Below, in pieces: positions 17,325-27,165 of a stretch of DNA of 64,000 nt. Within the stretch, counting starts at the first letter, position 1. The number at the start of each line of letters is the position of its first letter. A program made the position numbers and the translations under genes. Source of the stretch: Phycisphaeraceae bacterium (GTDB lineage Bacteria > Planctomycetota > Phycisphaerae > Phycisphaerales > UBA1924); NCBI GenBank assembly GCA_021297895.1, contig JAJTHN010000039.1, positions 13,090-77,089 on the forward strand. The letters run 5' to 3'. Below the pieces are notes generated by a model. It worked only from the letters and a program-made list of their open reading frames with translations. It was not told where the DNA came from and did no database searches.

Positions 17325-18098
17325 ATGATGCTTCCCGTTCGCCCGACCGGTTCTCAATACGCACTGACTTCTGCACGGCGCGGCACGGCGCTTACCTTCA
17401 TCGCCATGGCCATCTGTGCCGTGGTGCTGCCCGCGTGCTCGTCCTCGGGCGACCAGCGATCGTCGAATTCGCCGGCCGACCTGCGTCAGGCAGCGATCAG
17501 CGCTGGTGTCGAACTGCCCAGCAACGAAGCTGCGCGAGCGAGCCTTGCGACGGCTCGCGAACTGGATAAGGGCGGGTTCGATGACCAGGCCATCGCCCTG
17601 TACGAGCGTGCGCGTGAGCACGACGCCTCTATTCCCGGCATTTCTCACCGTCTGGGCGTGCTCTTTGACCGCACGGGCAATTCGTCGCGGGCGATGAGCG
17701 AGTACCAGCGGGCCCTGGCCGAGGAGCCCGGCAACGCGGATCTGCGCAACGACATCGGCATGTACTTCTACACCCGCGGCGACTTCCGCTCCGCCGAAAC
17801 GTACTTCACCCAGGCGCTGCAGATCGACGCTCAGAACAAGCGTGCGTGGATGAACATGGGGCTCGCCCGCGCTCAGTTGCGCAACGACACGGGGGCGATG
17901 GAAGCCTTCACGCGCGTGGTCTCCGAGCCCGAGGCCCGGGCGAATCTCGGCCTCGTGCAGGCACGACAGGGACGCATGGACGAGGCCAAGGCGAACCTTC
18001 GTGCCGCCGTCGCTGCCAGAGCGGATCTTGACCGGCCGCGCGAAGTGCTGGCCTGGCTCGAATCCGGCGGTCGCGGCGCGATGCCCGGCGGCAACTGA
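17325..18098 (+). CDS. tadD: TPR-repeat lipoprotein, TadD-like
   Basis: Lipobox VLPA|C. Several TPR-like repeats (AIALYERAREHD, AMSEYQRALAEEPGNADLRNDIGMYFY, AETYFTQALQIDAQN...). Confidence 0.7.
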   Translation: MMLPVRPTGSQYALTSARRGTALTFIAMAICAVVLPACSSSGDQRSSNSPADLRQAAISAGVELPSNEAARASLATARELDKGGFDDQAIALYERAREHDASIPGISHRLGVLFDRTGNSSRAMSEYQRALAEEPGNADLRNDIGMYFYTRGDFRSAETYFTQALQIDAQNKRAWMNMGLARAQLRNDTGAMEAFTRVVSEPEARANLGLVQARQGRMDEAKANLRAAVAARADLDRPREVLAWLESGGRGAMPGGN

Positions 18099-18116
18099 CC
18101 GTCCCGGTCGCTTCTC

Positions 18117-18147
18117 CAGGCCGGCGTTTCCGGTGCGTCCCGGCCTG
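18117..18147 (+). terminator. Possible terminator hairpin at the end of the Tad locus
   Basis: CAGGCCGG ... CCGGCCTG forms an 8-bp stem with a 15-nt loop, followed by TT. The T-tract is weak. Confidence 0.25.
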
Positions 18148-18170
18148 TTCCGCCGGTTTACACTGCAGGC

Positions 18171-20363
18171 GTGAACGTTCCTCCCTCCGCACAGGCTCAC
18201 AGCGCAGCCCCCGATCCAGCCGAGCCGCGGCAGATCCGGGTGATGTCTCCGCTGCTGGCCAGCCAGATCGCCGCGGGCGAGGTCGTCGAGCGACCGGCCA
18301 GCGTGGTCAAGGAACTGATCGAGAACAGCCTCGACGCCGGTGCGACGCGCATCAGCGTTGAACTCGAGCACGGCGGGATCGAACTCATCCGCGTGATCGA
18401 CGACGGCGTTGGCGTGCCCGAGCATGAGCTGTACCTCGCCCTGACCGCGCACGCGACGAGCAAGATCGCCGAAGTCGGTGATCTTGACGCGATCGCCACG
18501 ATGGGCTTTCGAGGCGAAGCGCTGGCCGCGATCGCCTCGGTCTCACGCACGAGTTTCCGCTCCCGCCCGCGCACCCAAGTCGCCGCGGCGGAGATTTCCG
18601 CCGAGGGCCAGACCCTCTCGCCCCCGCGTCCAGCCGGCGGCCCGCCGGGCACGAGCGTGACCGTTCGCACACTTTTCTTCAACACGCCCGCGCGCCGCAA
18701 GTTCCTGCGAACGCCGCAGACCGAGCAGGGCCGCTGCGCCGACGTTGTGCGCTCGATCGCGATGGCGCAGCCCAACGTCGCGTTTACGCTGACCTGTGAT
18801 GGGCGAGCGCTGCTTGACCTGCCGCCCAACCAGACCGCCCGTGAGCGAGCACTCGACATCCTCGGTCGGGAACTCGAGCCGGAACTCATCGAGATCAGCG
18901 CCGATGCCCTGGACACGCTGGGCACCGGCGGCGGGACCGTCGGTGCGGCAGGGGCCTCGCCGATCGCACTTTGGGGCCTGGTCGGCACGCCCGCCGTCGC
19001 CCGCGCGACCGCCGCGGGCCAGTTTGTGTACATCAACGGCCGGCCGGTACGCGACAAAGTCCTTCAGCATGCGCTCAAGGAGGGCTATCGCGGACTGATT
19101 GAACCCGGGCGACAGCCCACGTGCGTGCTGCTGGTCGAGATGGACCCCGGGGCCGTCGATGTCAACGTTCACCCGGCAAAGAGCGAGGTGCGATTCCGTG
19201 ACTCGTCGGTGGTCCACGGGCTGGTCCTTCGAAGCGTCCGCCGCGGCCTTGCGACCGCGGATCTCACGCCGCGCGTTGCCGGCGCGGGCTCGACGGCGGG
19301 CGCATCGTGGAACAACCGCGCCTCGGGCTCCGCATTCGAGAGTTCGCCCGCGCCGCTGGGCTCGCCCGCATCGCCCGCGCTCTTCCGGCCGGCGCCCGCC
19401 CGAACGATCGACGCCGCGGCGTTCGCATCCGCCTTTCGCGAGGTGCGTCCGGCGGGCAACGCGTCGCTCAACTTCCCGGCCCTGCGCGAAGCCCTCGCAC
19501 CAACCCGTCTGGCTCCTCCGTCCGGCGATGCCTCATCTGAGAACGTGCCTTCTCCGAGTGCCTCGCCCGCGCCGTTGGCGGACACGCCCGCCACAGCGGC
19601 CTCGCTCCCGACCGTGCCGAGTACCGGGGCCACACCGGTTCCGCCCGCAGTCGGGAGCATGCAGTCAGATGCGCCCGAGATCGAGGAGTCGCTCTCGCCC
19701 GCGCTGCAGGTGTTCAACTCGTATCTCATCACGCAGGACGAGCACGGTGTGCTGATCATCGATCAGCACGCTCTGCACGAGCGCGTGATGTACGAACGGC
19801 TGCTGGCCCGCATCGTCGGTCCGGATCAGCGTGGCGAGCCCGGTGCGGTGGGTGTGCTCGAGCGTCAGGCGTTTCTCGCGCCGGTGCCCGTCGCGGTTAC
19901 GCAGCGACAGCGTGAAGCCGCGGAGCGCCTGCGCCCCACGCTCGAACGCCTCGGGATCGAACTCGATGACCTCGGCCCCGGCGGGATGGGTGTCCGCGCG
20001 TTCACGTCGCTGCTGCTCGAGCGAGGCGTGGAGCCGGGCGAGTTCGTCGCCGACATGCTCGAGCGTGCCGCGGAAGAAGGCTGGGGCACCGAGGGCAAGG
20101 CCGCCAACGCGATGCCGCAGCCGTCGCCGATCGATGCGCTCGTGGGCGAGCGCGTTGTGGTCGAGGCGGTGCTTCACGAGGTGCTGGACATGATGGCATG
20201 CAAGGCCGCGGTCAAGGCTGGCGAGCGGCTGAGCGACATGGAACTGGCCGAACTCCTGGCACTACGCCAGCGGATCGAACGCTCGAGCAACTGCCCGCAC
20301 GGCAGGCCGACGAGCATCCGTCTGAGCATCCGCGAACTCGAGAAGCGATTCGGTCGTGTCTGA
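18171..20363 (+). CDS. mutL: DNA mismatch repair endonuclease MutL (MutH-independent type)
   Basis: LASQIAAGEVVERPASVVKELIENSLDAGA (GHKL ATPase). Endonuclease motif DQHALHERVMYE and a CPHGRP motif. Long Pro/Ala-rich linker. GTG start is uncertain. Confidence 0.9.
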   Translation: MNVPPSAQAHSAAPDPAEPRQIRVMSPLLASQIAAGEVVERPASVVKELIENSLDAGATRISVELEHGGIELIRVIDDGVGVPEHELYLALTAHATSKIAEVGDLDAIATMGFRGEALAAIASVSRTSFRSRPRTQVAAAEISAEGQTLSPPRPAGGPPGTSVTVRTLFFNTPARRKFLRTPQTEQGRCADVVRSIAMAQPNVAFTLTCDGRALLDLPPNQTARERALDILGRELEPELIEISADALDTLGTGGGTVGAAGASPIALWGLVGTPAVARATAAGQFVYINGRPVRDKVLQHALKEGYRGLIEPGRQPTCVLLVEMDPGAVDVNVHPAKSEVRFRDSSVVHGLVLRSVRRGLATADLTPRVAGAGSTAGASWNNRASGSAFESSPAPLGSPASPALFRPAPARTIDAAAFASAFREVRPAGNASLNFPALREALAPTRLAPPSGDASSENVPSPSASPAPLADTPATAASLPTVPSTGATPVPPAVGSMQSDAPEIEESLSPALQVFNSYLITQDEHGVLIIDQHALHERVMYERLLARIVGPDQRGEPGAVGVLERQAFLAPVPVAVTQRQREAAERLRPTLERLGIELDDLGPGGMGVRAFTSLLLERGVEPGEFVADMLERAAEEGWGTEGKAANAMPQPSPIDALVGERVVVEAVLHEVLDMMACKAAVKAGERLSDMELAELLALRQRIERSSNCPHGRPTSIRLSIRELEKRFGRV

Positions 20364-20378
20364 GCGCTCCGCCGAGCC

Positions 20379-22424
20379 TCATGGTGAAGTCTGCTCACTG
20401 AAGCTCAGGAAGAACAGTGTCAAGTCGCCGCTATCGACCGCGCCGTCCGGGCCGGGGACCGCGTCGGAGTCGGCGATATCCGCCATCGCGATGCCCGCCG
20501 CGAAGGCCTGAGAGAACGCGAGATAATCGCCGTCGTCGATTCGGCCGTCGCTCCCCGGCACCGCGGCACTGTCGGCGATGTCGGCCGGTGCTCGCACAAA
20601 GCCGATGCGGTTGCCGCTGATGAGCGTCGGCGACCAGTCGGTCCGCTCACTCATTCGGATGCTGATTGTTCTCGTGCCACCGAGTGACTCGGGGGTCTGA
20701 GCGAGCGAAAGCAACTCCAGGCGATGCCACCCTGGAGCGAGTGTCAGCCGTCCGGATGTGGTGCTGGGGATCTGCTCGGAGCCATGAGTCGGTGCGCTGA
20801 GCGAGGCGACGAGGCTGCCGGCGACACGAAGCTCCGCCGGTCCGAATCCCGAGATTTCGAACTCCACCGCTCCCGCCGCGGTGCCCGCGTTCGCAGAAGC
20901 TTCTGGCGACTCGATCCGTACGAGCCCCTCAACACGCAGGGCCACAAAGCCCGAGGATGAAGCGGGCAGATTCAGCATCGACGCGTTGATCCGAGACTGC
21001 CGGATCGGTCGGCTCGATGCGGGCATCGCCTGTCCGAACATCGCGCCAGTCGGCAGTGAACCATCGGCAGCGGCAACCGCACGCACAAGCCAGCCCGAAC
21101 CGACCAGCGGCGCGGCGGTGGGGGGCAGGCGTGTGCTGTCGGCCAGCGCCATGCTCACCGCACGCAGGACGTTCACGCGACCGGCACCGAAGACATCGTC
21201 GCGGCCCGCTGGACCAAGATCATCGACACTGGCCACGAGAATCTCCGCGACGCGATCGGGCGGCATGCCCGGGCTCGCGGCACGGATCATCGCGGCAACA
21301 CCCGCGGCCATCGGCGTCGCGAACGACGTGCCGCTGGAGGTCGTGTAAAGCCCGCCCCGGGCCGTCGTCAGCATCGCTTCGCCGGGCGCAGCCAGGTCCA
21401 GGAGCGATCCGAAGGTCGAACTGGCCAGTCGATCATCCGCCCGGTTCGTCGCGCCAACAACCAGAACGGGCCAGAGATTGTTCACGCGCGTGCACGATCG
21501 GCCCGAGTTCCCCGCGGCCCAGAGCACAACGCTGCCGCGTTCGCGCGCGTAGATCGCGCTGGTCTGCACCGTGGGATTGTCCACTCCCCAGTACGACACG
21601 CTGATGACATCCGCGCCGTTGTCCGCGGCCCAGCGCACACCGTTGAGAATGTCCGAGAGCAGCGCTGATCCGCCGGGGTTGTCGGTGCAGCGAATGGGCA
21701 TGTGCCTCGCCCTGCTGGCGACGCCCGCGATGCCGATGCCGTTGTTGACGCTCGCGACACTCACCCCCGCGCATCGCGTCCCGTGTCCCGTGGTTCCGAT
21801 GTCATCGACCGCGCCGCCATCGATCTGCGCTCGCCCGATGCCGACGCTGTTGAAGCCCGGCACCAGAATCGACGAGAGGTCCGGATGCGTCAGGTCCTCA
21901 CCCGAGTCGACGATCGCCACGATCGGGCGGTACGCATCGACCGTGGGCAGTTGCTCCTCCAGCAAGGCCCACGCCTGCGGCACCTCGCTGCGGGCAAGAT
22001 GCCACTGGTCTTGCGCGAGCGGATCGGCCGATGCCTCCGCCGCGAAGAGGATCTAATCCGGCTGCGCGTACACAACGCCGGGCATCTTCGAGAGTCGCAG
22101 AGCGAAGTCCGCGTCGCTCATGCCCGCGGGAGTCCGCAGGATCACTTCGTCCGTCGCGTCGATCGCACGCAGAACCTCCGCCTGACCGCCGCCCTCGCGT
22201 GCCGACAGCACCCGCGCTTCGCGCACGCGTGCCGACATCGCCTGCTCGCGCGACCACGCGGCGTCGAAAGGAACGGTGATCAGCATGATCACCTGACCAG
22301 ACTCGACTGGCTCCTGTGCCAATGAGCGAGTCGCGCACGTGAGCAGACCAGTCACCGAAACGACCGCCGCGGCGAACTTCACCAACCAGCAGCGTGAGTG
22401 GCGACCCGAACACAAAGATCGCAT
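20379..22424 (-). pseudogene. Secreted subtilisin-like S8 protease (signal + I9-like propeptide + catalytic + beta-rich domain + dockerin-like tail) interrupted by one in-frame TAG
   Basis: ORFs 22053..22517 and 20379..21983 are in the same frame. The read-through is ...GVVYAQPD-TAG-ILFAAEASADPLAQDQWHL.... The catalytic triad contexts are IVDSGED, HGTRCAG and SGTSFATPMAAG. The likely start is the ATG at 22424 (MRSLCSG...signal). Confidence 0.8.
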
Positions 22425-22510
22425 GGGGAGCTCCGCTTGAAGGGCCGCGGCACACGAACGTCCGGAAACCACCGGGCCGAGCGGGGGGAGTGTTGCCCAT
22501 CTCCGCGATG

Positions 22511-22539
22511 TTGGCAACGAATCCGATCTCCTTTACACT
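22511..22539 (+). promoter_or_regulatory. Candidate sigma70-type promoter upstream of the CHAD-Ppx gene
   Basis: TTGGCA (22511-22516), 17-nt spacer, TACACT (22534-22539). Confidence 0.3.
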
Positions 22540-22566
22540 CGTTTCGCGATCTGATCGGGTCTGTAC

Positions 22567-25440
22567 GTGGCGGTCCGACACGCGAAGGATGCAAGGGTCT
22601 CTGTCGCACGGAGGTGCCCGTTGAAGGCTATCGCCGAAGGCCCCTTGCTCGCCGCCGAGGTGCGCGATGCGTTCGTCGCCGTCGCCGGCCTGGCGGCGGA
22701 GATGTCGCGTGCTCGTGCGCCAAAGCCGGATGCGGTTCACGCGCTGCGAGTGGCCCTGCGCCGTGCCAGTGCCGCGTGTGAGCTCGGTGGCTGCTCATCC
22801 GAGACTCTCGAGGATCTCCGCGCGGTCCGACGCGCCTCGGGCCCGCTTCGCGATTGCGATGTGGCGATCCATGCGCTCTCAACGATGCGCAAAGAGTCCG
22901 ATGCAGGCCCCATCCGCCGCGCGTGCGCGGAGCTGATCGCGCGTCTGCGGCGCGAGCGTCCCATGCTCGTGCGAGCGCTGCGCGACTCGCCCGCGCTCCT
23001 GCATCTGGCGACGCCGCCCGCAGCCGCTGCCGCAGGTCCCTCGGGCGTCGATGATCCGACCACTGTCGCCGAGCGGCTTGAGCGCCTTGTGCGTCGGGTA
23101 GCGCGTGCGTCCCGACGCGCCACGCGCAGCATCAAGCGCTGCCATCGCCTTCGCGTGCGTGTCAAGGTCCTGCGCTATGCCGTCGAGCTTCTCGCCGAAC
23201 GCACGTCCGAAAGTCGGGCGTTCCGTAAGACGGTGGATCGTCTCGCGGAGGTGCAGCACGCGCTGGGCCGGCTTCACGACGCATCGACCCTCAGCGATCT
23301 GATCTCCTGCCAACTTCCAGAGTTACCGGGCCTCAGGCCTCTTGCGCGTCACGCTCAGCGGCTTGTCGAGCGGCGGTACAAGGCCCTGCAAAAACGCTGG
23401 ACAGCGAGCGAGCGTGATGCTCTTGGCAATGCTCTGGCCGAACTCGCCGAAGCCGCCTCGTTGCTGATCCCCCGCGCGGCGACCCCGACACCTTCCGATC
23501 ACACCTCCGCCGATCCGGCCATCGCGTCCGTATCCCCGGCCGCCGCCGCACCGACGAAGGTCGAAACCATCCGCGTTGTTCGTGGCGCCCGGCCGGGCAG
23601 CAACGCCGCGGGCCTGATGCCCCGTGACAGCGGCGGGTCACGCCGACTCGCCGCGATCGACATCGGTTCGAACTCCATCCGCCTCATCGTCGCCGAAGCC
23701 TTCGCCGATGGGTCGTACCGGGTGCTCGATGATGAGAAGGAGGTCACGCGCCTCGGCTCGGGCGTGGGCGCACTCGGCCGCATGAGCGACGAGGGAATCG
23801 ATCGCACCACCCGTGCAGTCGACCGCATGCGTCGAATCGCCGAGGGGTACAACGTCGATCTCCTCCGCGCCGTCGCGACAAGCGCAACGCGAGAGAGCAC
23901 CAACGGCGAAGAACTCATCGAGCGTATCGCCCGCGACTCCGGCGTCCGGGTCGAGGTCATCTCCGCCGAAGAAGAAGCCTGGCTCGCCTACCGCTCGGTC
24001 TCCAGCGCCTTCGATCTGTCTTCAATGACCATGGCCACCGTCGATATCGGCGGCGGCAGCACCGAGGTTGTTCTCGCCTCCGCGGGCGCGATCGAGCGCA
24101 TCGACACGCTCGACCTCGGCGCTGTGAAGATCACCGAGCGATTCGGCGGTGCCGTCGCCTCCTCGACGGTCCGCTACAAAGAAATGTGCCGCTGGCTCGA
24201 CGACTTCATGGCCCGGCACGTCGCCGACCTTCCGGCGCCGCTTCAGTTGCTCATCGGCACCGGCGGCACCGTCACGACCCTCGGCGCGATGGCCCTGAAC
24301 CGCGCGAGAAAGGCCCCGGAGGCCCGCGCACCCATCGCCGCGGTGCAGGGCTTTGAGGTCAAGCGATCGAGCCTCGCTTCGATCCTCGAGGATGTGCGAG
24401 AGGTCGACATCGCCGACCGGCTGAGCATCCCCGGCCTCGGGCCTGACCGTGCCGACATCATCGTCGCGGGCCTTGCCGTCCTTCGTGCGATCATGCGGCG
24501 GCTCGATGCCAAGCGCGTCCGTGTTCACGAGGGGGGCATCCGCGATGGCCTGCTGCTGACCATGGCCGGCGAACTGTTCCCGTCCTCGTCGAACATCCGT
24601 CCGACTCCCGGAGATCCGCTGCGGGCGGTCCGGCGATTCGCGCAAGCATGTCGATACGACCAGCCGCACAGCGAGCACGTCGCGGATCTGGCCGTACGCA
24701 TCCTCGATCAGCTCGTGACGACGCCCGGCCTGATCCCGATCATCACACCCGATTCGCCCGACATCACCGCGGCATCACGCGAGGCCTCGCGAGCCACCGA
24801 TCGCGATCCCCGCGGCACATGGTCCCTCAGCGAGGCACGCCTGCTCGTCCGCTCCGCGTCGCTCCTGCTGGATGTCGGGTACATCATCAACTACGACAAG
24901 CACCACATTCACTCGTACAACCTCATCGCTCACGCCGACCTTCCGGGCCTCTCGCGGCGTCAGGTCGAACTCATCGCCGCGATCGCCCGCTACCACCGCG
25001 GCGCCTCGCCCCGCAGCAGGCACGAGTGCTTCGAGCGGCTCCGCCCGGCGGAGCGGCAACTCGTCCGCGTGCTCTCCTCGATCGTGCGGCTGGCCGTGGG
25101 CCTGGATCGCACCCACACGCAGACGGTCACGGACGTTCGTGTTCGTGTCGATGCCGCCGCGCGGGCCGCACGCTTTGAGGTCCACGCTCCCGCCGACCCG
25201 GCCGTGGACATCTGGGGCGCCGAGCGGAAGAGCCCGCTCTTTGCCGAGGTCTTCGCGCTCGCGCCGACCTTTGTTTGGCAGCAATCGGATTCGGCCTCCA
25301 AGGGCACCGCGATGAGCACCGAGAGCGCCCGCCCGCACGCCGCGAGAGCCCCGGCCCCTCCGCCCGCGCGCTCCGCCGCACCGCCGGCGATCGTCATAAC
25401 ACCCCGGCGGCGGATGGCCATCGACCGCTCGAAACACTGA
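22567..25440 (+). CDS. ppx: CHAD domain fused to Ppx/GppA exopolyphosphatase and an HD domain
   Basis: N-terminal CHAD-like region with conserved His/Arg helices (AVHALRVALRR, CHRLRVRVKVLRYAVELL). Ppx/GppA ATPase fold (LAAIDIGSNSIRLIVAE, VDIGGGSTEV). C-terminal HD region (HSEHVADLAVRILDQL). An alternative TTG start at 22621 has a GGAGG RBS. Confidence 0.8.
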   Translation: MAVRHAKDARVSVARRCPLKAIAEGPLLAAEVRDAFVAVAGLAAEMSRARAPKPDAVHALRVALRRASAACELGGCSSETLEDLRAVRRASGPLRDCDVAIHALSTMRKESDAGPIRRACAELIARLRRERPMLVRALRDSPALLHLATPPAAAAAGPSGVDDPTTVAERLERLVRRVARASRRATRSIKRCHRLRVRVKVLRYAVELLAERTSESRAFRKTVDRLAEVQHALGRLHDASTLSDLISCQLPELPGLRPLARHAQRLVERRYKALQKRWTASERDALGNALAELAEAASLLIPRAATPTPSDHTSADPAIASVSPAAAAPTKVETIRVVRGARPGSNAAGLMPRDSGGSRRLAAIDIGSNSIRLIVAEAFADGSYRVLDDEKEVTRLGSGVGALGRMSDEGIDRTTRAVDRMRRIAEGYNVDLLRAVATSATRESTNGEELIERIARDSGVRVEVISAEEEAWLAYRSVSSAFDLSSMTMATVDIGGGSTEVVLASAGAIERIDTLDLGAVKITERFGGAVASSTVRYKEMCRWLDDFMARHVADLPAPLQLLIGTGGTVTTLGAMALNRARKAPEARAPIAAVQGFEVKRSSLASILEDVREVDIADRLSIPGLGPDRADIIVAGLAVLRAIMRRLDAKRVRVHEGGIRDGLLLTMAGELFPSSSNIRPTPGDPLRAVRRFAQACRYDQPHSEHVADLAVRILDQLVTTPGLIPIITPDSPDITAASREASRATDRDPRGTWSLSEARLLVRSASLLLDVGYIINYDKHHIHSYNLIAHADLPGLSRRQVELIAAIARYHRGASPRSRHECFERLRPAERQLVRVLSSIVRLAVGLDRTHTQTVTDVRVRVDAAARAARFEVHAPADPAVDIWGAERKSPLFAEVFALAPTFVWQQSDSASKGTAMSTESARPHAARAPAPPPARSAAPPAIVITPRRRMAIDRSKH

Positions 25441-25467
25441 GCCGACGCCTCCTACGCTCATGCGTCC

Positions 25468-25541
25468 GGGCGGGTAGCTCAGTTGGCTAGAGCATTCGCT
25501 TTACACGCGAAGGGTCCCGGGTTCAAGTCCCGGCCTGCCCA
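25468..25541 (+). tRNA. tRNA-Val (anticodon TAC)
   Basis: Cloverleaf folded by hand: acceptor GGGCGGG/CCTGCCC, D-arm GCTC..GAGC, anticodon stem TTCGC/GCGAA with loop TTTACAC, T-arm CCGGG-TTCAAGT-CCCGG. No CCA is encoded. Confidence 0.9.
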
Positions 25542-25594
25542 TTGTCCTGAATCTCGCCGCGACCGCGGCACGTCTTCGAGGTGTCCGCGCCGCC

Positions 25595-26851
25595 ATGAAC
25601 GCTCTCGACGTCGCCTACGGCCTGGGAGCGATCGCCCTGAGCCCGCTCTGGTTGCGCAAAAGCCGCTCAGGCTGGCGCGAGCGCATGGGACACGTCGAAC
25701 AGCTTCCCCCGCCGGGAGATCGCCGGCGGCTGATGATTCACGCTGTTTCCGTCGGCGAGACCAACGCCCTCCGCCAACTCGTCCCGATGCTCGCGCCGCA
25801 CACGGAGTTGATCATCACCACGGGCACGGACACCGGTCTGGCCCGCGCGACCGAGCTCTTCGCATCCGTCGCGCACGTGCGAAGGTACCCGCTGGACTTC
25901 TCCGCGAGCGTCGATCGATTTCTCGACGCCGTGCGCCCGGACGCGGTGGCCCTTGTTGAACTCGAACTCTGGCCTAACTTCATCCGCGCGTGCGCATCGC
26001 GCGCGATTCCCGTCGCGGTGATCAACGGCCGGCTCAGCGAGCGCAGCTTCCGGGGCTACTCGCGTCTTCGACCGATCCTCGGCTCGACATTCGAACGCCT
26101 CGCGTTCGCCGCGGTTCAGGATGAGCACTATCGCGAGCGGTTCCTCCACATGGGCGTGCCGCCCGAGCGTTGCCGCATCACCGGCTCGATGAAGTGGGAC
26201 GCCGCGACGCTCGCCGAGCCCGGCGCGAACGTTCCGGGGAGCGAGGCCCTGGCCGGCGCGCTGGGCATCGATCGTGCCCGCCCGCTCGTCGTCGCCGGGA
26301 GCACAGGCCCGGACGAGGAGTCGCTGCTGCACACCGCCATGCCTCCCGGCGTCCAACTGCTCTGCGCCCCGAGAAAGCCCGAGCGTTTCGATGAGGCCGC
26401 CCGAGCGATGCCCGGCTGCGTTCGCCGAAGTTCGCCGGACCAGGGTTCGCGCGCGTCGGGCCGGTTCCTACTGGACACCATCGGCGAACTGCGCGCCGCG
26501 TATGCCCTCGCCGATCTTGTCGTCGTCGGCCGATCGTTCGGCAGGCTCTTCGGTTCTGACCCCATCGAGCCGGTCGCGCTGGGCAAGCCCACGATCATCG
26601 GACCGCGGTTCGGCGACTTTGCGTTGATCGTCGACGCGCTCCGTGCCGACAACGCCATTCGTGTTGTCGACGCCGTCGACCTCGCGTCGACCGTCGCATC
26701 GCTCCTGGCCGCGCCCGATGTCCGCGCCGCAATGGCCGCCGCCGGCCGGGCGTGCATCATCCGCAATCGCGGCGCGACCGCGCGTCACGCCGAGCTGCTC
26801 CGGGATCTTGCCGGCGAAGCGGCCCGTCGCGGCGTGGACGAGCGTAACTGA
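25595..26851 (+). CDS. waaA: 3-deoxy-D-manno-octulosonic acid (Kdo) transferase
   Basis: N-terminal anchor and the HAVSVGETNAL motif characteristic of KdtA/WaaA. A GT-B C-terminal half follows. Confidence 0.8.
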   Translation: MNALDVAYGLGAIALSPLWLRKSRSGWRERMGHVEQLPPPGDRRRLMIHAVSVGETNALRQLVPMLAPHTELIITTGTDTGLARATELFASVAHVRRYPLDFSASVDRFLDAVRPDAVALVELELWPNFIRACASRAIPVAVINGRLSERSFRGYSRLRPILGSTFERLAFAAVQDEHYRERFLHMGVPPERCRITGSMKWDAATLAEPGANVPGSEALAGALGIDRARPLVVAGSTGPDEESLLHTAMPPGVQLLCAPRKPERFDEAARAMPGCVRRSSPDQGSRASGRFLLDTIGELRAAYALADLVVVGRSFGRLFGSDPIEPVALGKPTIIGPRFGDFALIVDALRADNAIRVVDAVDLASTVASLLAAPDVRAAMAAAGRACIIRNRGATARHAELLRDLAGEAARRGVDERN

Positions 26852-27033
26852 TTCGGCGCACGCCCGGCGTGACGGGGCTCGCCCTTGGTGCTACCATCGA
26901 CCGTCCTGTTTTGTCCCGACGAACCTCGGTGTGCGCACAGCGCGTGCGACCGGGGCTCATGGTGTTTTCCGGCTTGTCCGCATCAGCGCCGCGGGCACGT
27001 TTCCCGCGGCTGTCAGGAGTGTGTATCGCCATC

Positions 27034-27106
27034 GAGGACGTAGCTCAGTTGGTAGAGCAGCGGACTTTTAATCCGTAGGTCCGGGGTTCAAGTCCCCGCG
27101 TCCTCA
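27034..27106 (+). tRNA. tRNA-Lys (anticodon TTT)
   Basis: Acceptor GAGGACG/CGTCCTC, D-arm GCTC..GAGC, anticodon stem GCGGA/TCCGT with loop CTTTTAA, T-arm CGGGG-TTCAAGT-CCCCG. Confidence 0.9.
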
Positions 27107-27165
27107 TTCCCCTCCATCGGCTTCGCCGACACCGCATCGTTCCGGAAGGAGCCGTTCACCGCCGC

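Noticed and set aside
22053-22055. The TAG in the S8 protease considered as programmed recoding (pyrrolysine or a suppressor).
   Set aside because: No pyl genes or recoding signals are visible. TAG appears to function as an ordinary stop elsewhere in the window (for example, the ORF at 56953 ends in TAG). A nonsense mutation or sequencing error is the simpler explanation.
25483-25959. 158-aa ORF starting inside tRNA-Val and running into waaA in another frame.
   Set aside because: It overlaps a well-folded tRNA and the waaA coding frame. The translation is Arg/Pro-rich with no motifs.
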